Shown here: one piece after another, positions 58,177 through 64,000 of the stretch
Position numbering within the stretch: position 1 is the stretch's first letter
How the letters are laid out: each line of letters opens with the position of its first letter
Assembly (NCBI GenBank): GCA_015062445.1
Contig: SUUQ01000002.1
Location: 23,051-87,050, forward strand
Source of the DNA: Alphaproteobacteria bacterium
Lineage (GTDB): Bacteria; Pseudomonadota; Alphaproteobacteria; Rs-D84
DNA length: 64,000 nt
Direction: 5' to 3'
Position numbers and translations under genes: made by a program
The notes under the pieces: model-generated
Told to the model about the DNA's origin: nothing
The model's database searches: none
Seen by the model: only the letters and a program-made list of their open reading frames with translations

Positions 58177-58560
58177 AAATCTAAAATTTCATGGTGCAGT
58201 GTCATAGTATTCATATTTCTCCCCAGAACAATAACCTTTAACCCTGCATCATAGTATCCGTTCGCTTGTGTGCCTTGATGGTAAATATTCCCAGTATCAG
58301 GACTGAATGTCCCCCTGTTCTGTGTGCTTTTTATTTGACTGGTTGTCTTGACTTGTTCCCATTTCTTGGCTACACTTAATCTTGAACTAGCAGGTGTGCC
58401 AGTATTTAGACTGGTTTTGAACATATCTGCTAGATTTTTTCTATCTCTACTTCGTGTAAGTAAAAACGATTTTGTTCTACACTTTTCTTTACGATTACTT
58501 CGCAAGTATAGTCTGCGATGTCCTCAGGTTTTTTCTTCACAAAATCAGCCCACCCCATAA
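58008..58560 (-). pseudogene. fragmented gene remnant (two frames), unidentified
   Basis: Minus-strand frames MGWADFVKKKPEDIADYTCEVIVKKSVEQNRFYLHEVEIEKI (58560-58432, stop) and a 165-aa ORF (58505-58008) are adjacent and out of frame with each other; no intact gene. Confidence 0.3.
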
Positions 58561-59107
58561 AAAAAATGTAAAAAATACCGCCCCATCGGCCATTTTTTCG
58601 CCGCAAACCCGCAGAAATCCGCCACTTTTTTCATTTTTTGATACCAGAGCAGGGCAAAAATCACATTTTTTGGCATTTTTTACCACTTCTAAGCATTTTT
58701 TTCAGCCCACATCTGTACCCACACAATAAACAGATAAATTAAATTATAAGTCTGATTACAAAAAGATATATTGCACTTTAACAGTAAAATATTAACTTAA
58801 ACAAAATCAGAAAACATCACACAACTTTACAACAAAGTTTTATTCAAACCAACGTTCATAAACCAATCCAAAGATATAAAACCACAACAGTATTGGCCAA
58901 AAGAAGAACCATAAAACAAAAAACAAAATTCTTTTCATATCGAAACACCATCTTTGTTATAATATAATTATATCAGAAATAATTCATATACACAAATTAA
59001 CCAAATCGATTTTCAGCGACCTGGGCATACAAATATACGTTCAGCACAATTCATCATCCCCACAGTGCATGTACACCAGAACAATTTTAACAGCCACGAC
59101 TCACCAT

Positions 59108-59352
59108 TGGCGATATATTATGTACACATTTGCGTATGCCCAGCACAGCAAACAATTCAGCGATATTATGTATACGTTTGCGTGCACCCACAGCACACCA
59201 AACTAAAAATTAGCCCTCACATCAAACAATTTAGCGATATTATGTATACGTTTGCGTGTGCCCCAGCAAACCAAACTTAAAAATTAGCGATATTATGTAT
59301 ACGTTTGTGTGTGCCCCAGCACACCAAACTATACATAATATACATTATGCGC
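59108..59352. repeat. four tandem iteron-like repeats of 55-70 bp (core gcgatattatgtatacgtttgcgtgtgccccagcacaccaaact) within a 1.1-kb A+C-skewed non-coding region
   Basis: Unit starts at about 59110, 59160, 59233, 59286; the last unit ends in a partial inverted copy (tatacataatata). Confidence 0.85.
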
Positions 59353-59658
59353 CTTTTGTATATCACTCCCCCATCATGAAAAAACACAATAAAAACCGCA
59401 CACGAAAACAAGTATTTTTCCACAAAAAAAATTCAGATTATTCACATAAAAAAAATAAACACACACCCCATACATATATCACTCACAACAACAAACCACA
59501 CTATAAAAAAATGCCGCACGCACCACAATAACAAAAAAATCACATAAAATCCATTTCCTTCTGCCCCACCAAACTATACATAACCACAATACCATCTACA
59601 TAAAAAAACAGGACACAACACTGCGCCCTGCCTTAACCTAACATGTTAACAAATCAAA

Positions 59659-60237
59659 TTAACGTTTTGTAATCTTTTTTATTTTTTTGATTTTATCCAG
59701 TGCATCATCTGCCACACCAGCGGCCAGTTTTGTTACCGTCTTGATACCTTTTTTCAACTCGCTGTCCTCAACTGCCGCCGTTGCAACTGGCTCAACATCT
59801 GAACAACAAAACGGACATTTTGTTGCAGAATTATTAATTGTCGATGTACAATACGGACACGCATGTGTATTCGCCGGTTTTTTATCACGCATTTTATTCA
59901 TCGTACGAACGAACAAGAATATTGCAAACATCGTTATAAAGAAACTGACCACAGAATTCAAAAACAACCCCATATTCAGTGTTGTTGCCCCTGCTGCCTG
60001 CGCCTGGGCAATTGTTTCATATGTTCCACCTGCTGGATTACTTAACACAAAGAACCACTGAGAAAAGTCAACCCCACCTATCAGCAATCCAATCGGCGGC
60101 ATAATAACATCCTTTACCAGTGAATTTACAACACTGGTCATAACACTACCAACAATGATACCAACCGCCATATCGATTGCATTACCACGTTGAACAAACG
60201 CACTAAATTCTTTAAATATATTTTTCTTTTTTGCCAT
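59659..60237 (-). CDS. mscL: large-conductance mechanosensitive channel MscL with a C-terminal zinc-ribbon-like extension
   Basis: N-terminal FKEFSAFVQRGNAIDMAVGIIVG... and two TM helices of MscL (about 135 aa); then CPYCTSTINNSATKCPFCCSD plus a K-rich tail. Confidence 0.85.
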   Translation of the reverse strand: MAKKKNIFKEFSAFVQRGNAIDMAVGIIVGSVMTSVVNSLVKDVIMPPIGLLIGGVDFSQWFFVLSNPAGGTYETIAQAQAAGATTLNMGLFLNSVVSFFITMFAIFLFVRTMNKMRDKKPANTHACPYCTSTINNSATKCPFCCSDVEPVATAAVEDSELKKGIKTVTKLAAGVADDALDKIKKIKKITKR

Positions 60238-60240
60238 TTT

Positions 60241-60861
60241 TTACTCCTTTTCTTGTTTATTCGAATAATCATCAATTGCGCGCAAAACCTTGCCCAATGT
60301 TTTACGCAAACTCTCATCACGCGTTTCGACTGTTATATCTGCCAACGCATACGTCTGATAACGTTCGTCGATTAATTGCTGCAAAATTTTACGGCTGTCT
60401 GTATTCAGCAACTGAGGCCGTGTATCACGCGCCCCAGTACGCCGAACCAACAAATCCAAATCCGCCCGCAACCACACAGACAGCGCCCGATTCAACACCA
60501 TTTCACGCACCGCCGGTGTTATAAATGCCCCTTCCCCAGTTGAAATTACCTTTAATGCCGGCGGTGTATCCAACAGGCGCTCAATCACCCGCTGTTCGAC
60601 ACGGCGAAATTCCTCTTCACCATACATTGCAAAAATATCTACAACACTACACCCCGCAGCAGCTTCTATTTCTTTATCAGAATCCACAAATGGAATCCCC
60701 AGTCGTCGTGCCAACGCACGTCCAACACTGGTCTTGCCAGCCCCCATCAGCCCAACCATAACCACAGGCCTGTCTATAAACTCTTCTTTTTCGTTTTTCA
60801 TAACGATATTTATCATATCAAATTTTCCCAAAAAAACAAGCCCATCCACCCGATTTATCAT
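60241..60861 (-). CDS. aroK: shikimate kinase (the likely start is the internal Met at 60801)
   Basis: Walker A VGLMGAGKTSVGRALARRLGIPFVDSD, LID and shikimate-binding regions. Confidence 0.85.
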   Translation of the reverse strand: MINRVDGLVFLGKFDMINIVMKNEKEEFIDRPVVMVGLMGAGKTSVGRALARRLGIPFVDSDKEIEAAAGCSVVDIFAMYGEEEFRRVEQRVIERLLDTPPALKVISTGEGAFITPAVREMVLNRALSVWLRADLDLLVRRTGARDTRPQLLNTDSRKILQQLIDERYQTYALADITVETRDESLRKTLGKVLRAIDDYSNKQEKE

Positions 60862-60945
60862 TTCTTGTTTTTATCCGTGGGATTTTTATGCTATAATATA
60901 ACACATAACTATCAAGATTCAATTAACCAAAAAGAGAGTACAACA

Positions 60946-62028
60946 ATGAAAAACATCACAGCATTAGCCACCATCATGATGATTGCAGGCATTTCACATG
61001 CGCACGCATTTGATGCGCACATTTACGCAAACACAATAACCACACACAACATCACCACACTGCAGCACACAATTACAAACACTGCTTTTGGTTCTTTTGG
61101 CGGTTCTATGGCGACAACATTGTCCAAGACCGCTACTTTAGCCCCCCAATCATCCAAAGCACCAAACAACAACGCAAAGATATACGGTTCCGCCCCTATT
61201 TACGGCGAATACAACGATGATGGCAGCGCTGGCCGCAGCGGCGGCGACAGATATAATTCAGACGCTACATTAACAGGCATGTGGTTCAATTGGCAACACG
61301 CATCTGAAAACACAAAATTTGACAGCTTTGAACGCCTGGATACAAAATTTGACAACGCCATGTTTGGTGTATCTGGAGGCCAAACAAAATTATGGAACGG
61401 CACATCCAAGTGGGGAATTTACGCTGGATATATCGATGGACACCAACAAAATTCAAACATTGACATATCTGAACAAGGTGGCTATGTCGGTATTTATAAC
61501 GGCAACAAATTTGGCAATCTGAACGTTTACACAACCATTAACGGTGGCGTTATTGACAATTCTGCCGACACTATATTAGGCACAGACGAATACACAAACA
61601 TGTGGGTTGGTGGCGCAGTTAAGACAACATACTCGTTTGCACTGGACGACACATTTTCGATAATCCCCGGATTGCACATTGGATACACCTGGGTCAAAGG
61701 CGAAAACTATACCGCCGCATCTGGTGACATTTTAAACAACGATGCATTTAGTGCATTTGAAATCACACCGTCAATTCGTGCTGTAAAACACATTGGCAAC
61801 GGATGGCACGGCGCATTAAGCAGCGCATATATCATAACAACCAACAACGGTGGCGACATATCAGTTAACAACATTGATGTCGACAATCTGGCCATGGGCA
61901 ACTTTATCGAATACAGCATATCACTGGAAAAGTCTGTCGCCCAATTTACATTTACCGCCAACATCGGTCGCCGTGACGGCGCCCGTGACGGCTGGATTGG
62001 CGGCATGAATATCAAATACGCATTTTAA
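60946..62028 (+). CDS. outer-membrane beta-barrel protein (autotransporter beta-domain-like); start at the internal Met with signal peptide
   Basis: Signal peptide MKNITALATIMMIAGISHAHA; alternating amphipathic beta-strands; C-terminus ...GWIGGMNIKYAF (terminal aromatic) typical of OMP/autotransporter barrels; the ORF is open from 60865. Confidence 0.65.
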   Translation: MKNITALATIMMIAGISHAHAFDAHIYANTITTHNITTLQHTITNTAFGSFGGSMATTLSKTATLAPQSSKAPNNNAKIYGSAPIYGEYNDDGSAGRSGGDRYNSDATLTGMWFNWQHASENTKFDSFERLDTKFDNAMFGVSGGQTKLWNGTSKWGIYAGYIDGHQQNSNIDISEQGGYVGIYNGNKFGNLNVYTTINGGVIDNSADTILGTDEYTNMWVGGAVKTTYSFALDDTFSIIPGLHIGYTWVKGENYTAASGDILNNDAFSAFEITPSIRAVKHIGNGWHGALSSAYIITTNNGGDISVNNIDVDNLAMGNFIEYSISLEKSVAQFTFTANIGRRDGARDGWIGGMNIKYAF

Positions 62029-62057
62029 TAACAAGTAAAAGCAACAAAGAAAAAATC

Positions 62058-62085
62058 CCGCAGTCGCGGGATTTTTTTTCTTCAG
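62058..62085. terminator. bidirectional terminator
   Basis: Hairpin atcccgcagtcgcgggat followed by T8. Confidence 0.6.
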
Positions 62086-62093
62086 AACCACCA

Positions 62094-63158
62094 TTATTCC
62101 ATATTCGTCAGACGTTCCAACTGATCCGCCGCAATTAACGCATCAATCATTTCGTCCAACCCCGCACCACCAGCCAAGATATCATCCAACTTATACAACG
62201 TCAGTTTAATACGATGATCTGTCACACGTTGTTCTGGGAAATTATACGTACGAATTTTTTCACTGCGATCACCTGACCCAACCATTGTCTTGCGTGACGC
62301 ATTGCTGGCCGATTCCTGTTCCATACGTTGTTTTTCATACAACTTGGACCGCAGAACCGACATTGCTGCGATTTTATTCTGCAGCTGACTGCGTTCATTT
62401 TGGCACGTCACAACAATACCAGATGGAAAGTGCGTAATACGAATTGCACTGTCTGTCTTATTAACATGCTGTCCCCCTGCCCCGGACGCACGGAAAATAT
62501 CGATACGAATATCTTTATCTTCGATTACAACGTCAATATCTTTGGCTTCGGGCATAACCGCAACCGATGCTGCACTGGTATGAATACGACCACCCGCCTC
62601 GGTTTCTGGTACACGTTGCACTCGATGAATCCCGGACTCGAACTTCATACGTCCATACGCACCTGCACCATCAATTTTGAAAACAATCTCCTTGTATCCA
62701 CGCAGCGATGTTGCATTTTCTTCGATAACTTCCACCTTCCAGCCCTGGCGCAACGCATAAGACTTATACTGATTATACAAATCTCCTGCAAACAACGCAG
62801 ACTCTTCACCACCAACCCCGGCACGAATTTCCATAATAACACTGTTATCATCTGCTTCGTCACGTGGCAGCAGTGCAATTTGCAAACTCTTTTCAATTTC
62901 TGGCAACGCATGGTTTAATTCATGCAGTTGCTCTGTTGCAATTTCACGCAGTTCTGGATCAGATTGCATTTCACGCGCATCATTAATTCCCGCCACCACC
63001 TGAAAATATTCGTTTATCAAAGGCAAGATTTCATTCAACCGTGAATACTCTTTAGACAGTCGTGTCAATTCATCACCACTGGCGGTACCAGAATTCATTT
63101 GCGCTTCTACATCTGCTGCACGCTTTTGAATATCCCGCAACTTTTCTTCAACTATCAT
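62094..63158 (-). CDS. prfA: peptide chain release factor 1
   Basis: GGQ motif (SGAGGQHVNKTDSAIRITH), the PAT-region tripeptide of RF1 class, 354 aa. Confidence 0.93.
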   Translation of the reverse strand: MIVEEKLRDIQKRAADVEAQMNSGTASGDELTRLSKEYSRLNEILPLINEYFQVVAGINDAREMQSDPELREIATEQLHELNHALPEIEKSLQIALLPRDEADDNSVIMEIRAGVGGEESALFAGDLYNQYKSYALRQGWKVEVIEENATSLRGYKEIVFKIDGAGAYGRMKFESGIHRVQRVPETEAGGRIHTSAASVAVMPEAKDIDVVIEDKDIRIDIFRASGAGGQHVNKTDSAIRITHFPSGIVVTCQNERSQLQNKIAAMSVLRSKLYEKQRMEQESASNASRKTMVGSGDRSEKIRTYNFPEQRVTDHRIKLTLYKLDDILAGGAGLDEMIDALIAADQLERLTNME

Positions 63159-63160
63159 AA

Positions 63161-64000
63161 TTATGCCACCTTTTTTATCAACTTAATCGCATCACCTACA
63201 GACACAGAAGACTGGTCACCTGTCTGCATATTTTTCATTGCAACAACTTGATTTTCAACTTCAGTTTCACCGATTATCAAACTGTATTTGGCACGTATTT
63301 TATCAGAATACTCAATTTGATTTTTGAATTTTTTATCCGCATCCAGATATGCCACAGACGCAACATTTGCATCACGCAACGCATTCAGAACCGACACTGC
63401 ATACGACAAATTTTCATTCCCCATACACAGCACCGCTGCATCCACAGGCGATTCAAATTGCGTCAAATCAATTGTCCCCGCTTCCATCAGCGCAACAAAA
63501 ATACGTGAAAATCCGATTGCTGCCCCAACACCAATTATTTTGGTCTTACTAAATTTCCCCGCCAGGTCCGCATAACGTCCACCGCCAGCTGCCGTCCCCA
63601 GCTCTGGATGACTTAACAACTTAAACTCAAAAACCAAACCGGTATAATATGCCAACCCACGCGTAATAGACAAATCTATCTCCGCATTTTTTACACCGAA
63701 CAATTCCAATGTTTTCATAAACTCATTCAGTTCTGAAATCGCCGCATCCAACTTGTCAGACTTGTTCAAGAAATCCGAATAACCGTTTATAAACACGGAC
63801 TTAATTTGATTTTCTTTTTTTGTGTCACCCAACGTATCCGCCAACCCTTCGGCAAAGTCATCTTCGCCCATTTTATCTTTTTTATCAATCAAAACGAACA
63901 CATCTTTTTTTTGCGCATCATTCATTTCCAAGTAATCAAATAACGCATCCCAGAATGGCCGCGAACCGACACGCACTGCGTTTTCACCGATAAATTCAGA
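63161..64000 (-). CDS. hisS: histidine--tRNA ligase, C-terminal two thirds (the 5' end lies beyond the window)
   Basis: Class II motif 3 region GGGRYADL, RGLAYYTGLVFE, and the C-terminal anticodon-binding domain; the ORF is open at the window edge. Confidence 0.85.
   Translation of the reverse strand, partial: SEFIGENAVRVGSRPFWDALFDYLEMNDAQKKDVFVLIDKKDKMGEDDFAEGLADTLGDTKKENQIKSVFINGYSDFLNKSDKLDAAISELNEFMKTLELFGVKNAEIDLSITRGLAYYTGLVFEFKLLSHPELGTAAGGGRYADLAGKFSKTKIIGVGAAIGFSRIFVALMEAGTIDLTQFESPVDAAVLCMGNENLSYAVSVLNALRDANVASVAYLDADKKFKNQIEYSDKIRAKYSLIIGETEVENQVVAMKNMQTGDQSSVSVGDAIKLIKKVA

Noticed and set aside
59108-59352. Tandem repeats as a CRISPR array
   Set aside because: The units are contiguous degenerate copies of one 55-70-bp sequence, without unique spacers between short identical repeats. 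No cas genes are in the window.
58560-59660. AT-rich non-coding kb with tandem repeats as the chromosomal replication origin
   Set aside because: There is no gene-orientation switch around it (minus-strand genes on both sides). No recognisable DnaA boxes (TTATCCACA-like) or clustered CtrA boxes (TTAA-N7-TTAA) were seen, and no hemE or dnaA is nearby. Plasmid or phage iterons, or plain decay, are more likely.

Overview
This 64-kb window looks like chromosome from a reduced-genome, moderately AT-rich alphaproteobacterium, probably host-associated. That assignment rests on gcrA, a DUF1013/TrcR-like gene, bactofilin, an addA-type helicase-nuclease, ybgC-tolQRA and many Sec-secreted orphan proteins. 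About two thirds is housekeeping: accA 3' end, cysS, rpoD, recN, xseA, tsaD, ruvB, a tol cluster, an EnvZ/OmpR-like two-component pair, argS, rplM-rpsI, tig, thyA, lpxA-lpxB, leuS, tlyA, mscL, aroK, prfA and the hisS 3' part. RNA genes are a tRNA-Ser(GCT), a minus-strand block of four tRNAs (Val-CAC, Leu-TAA, Ala-CGC, Leu-CAG) and an RNase P RNA (rnpB). rnpB is identified on the minus strand from its conserved GAGGAAAGTCCGG and ACAGAATCCGGCTTA motifs. Accessory or unusual content: (i) two intergenic mosaics of nested palindromic MITE-like repeats (18.1-19.4 kb and 53.7-54.3 kb) that generate spurious ORFs; (ii) a 957-aa extremely Cys/Ser/Thr/Gly/Tyr-rich secreted protein with eukaryote-like C-x2-C...GYYC modules and in-frame DNA tandem repeats; (iii) a co-directional operon of four Sec-secreted proteins of no recognisable family downstream of an orphan prepilin peptidase and abutting the tRNA block; (iv) an 887-aa secreted Cys-containing protein; (v) a PEV-rich repetitive membrane protein next to gcrA; (vi) a frameshifted addA with no addB; (vii) a 31-bp duplication of the tRNA-Ser 3' end, an att-site-like scar; (viii) a 2-kb decayed region with gene remnants and iteron-like tandem repeats. 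I could not run any searches, so all family assignments rest on motifs read directly from the translations.
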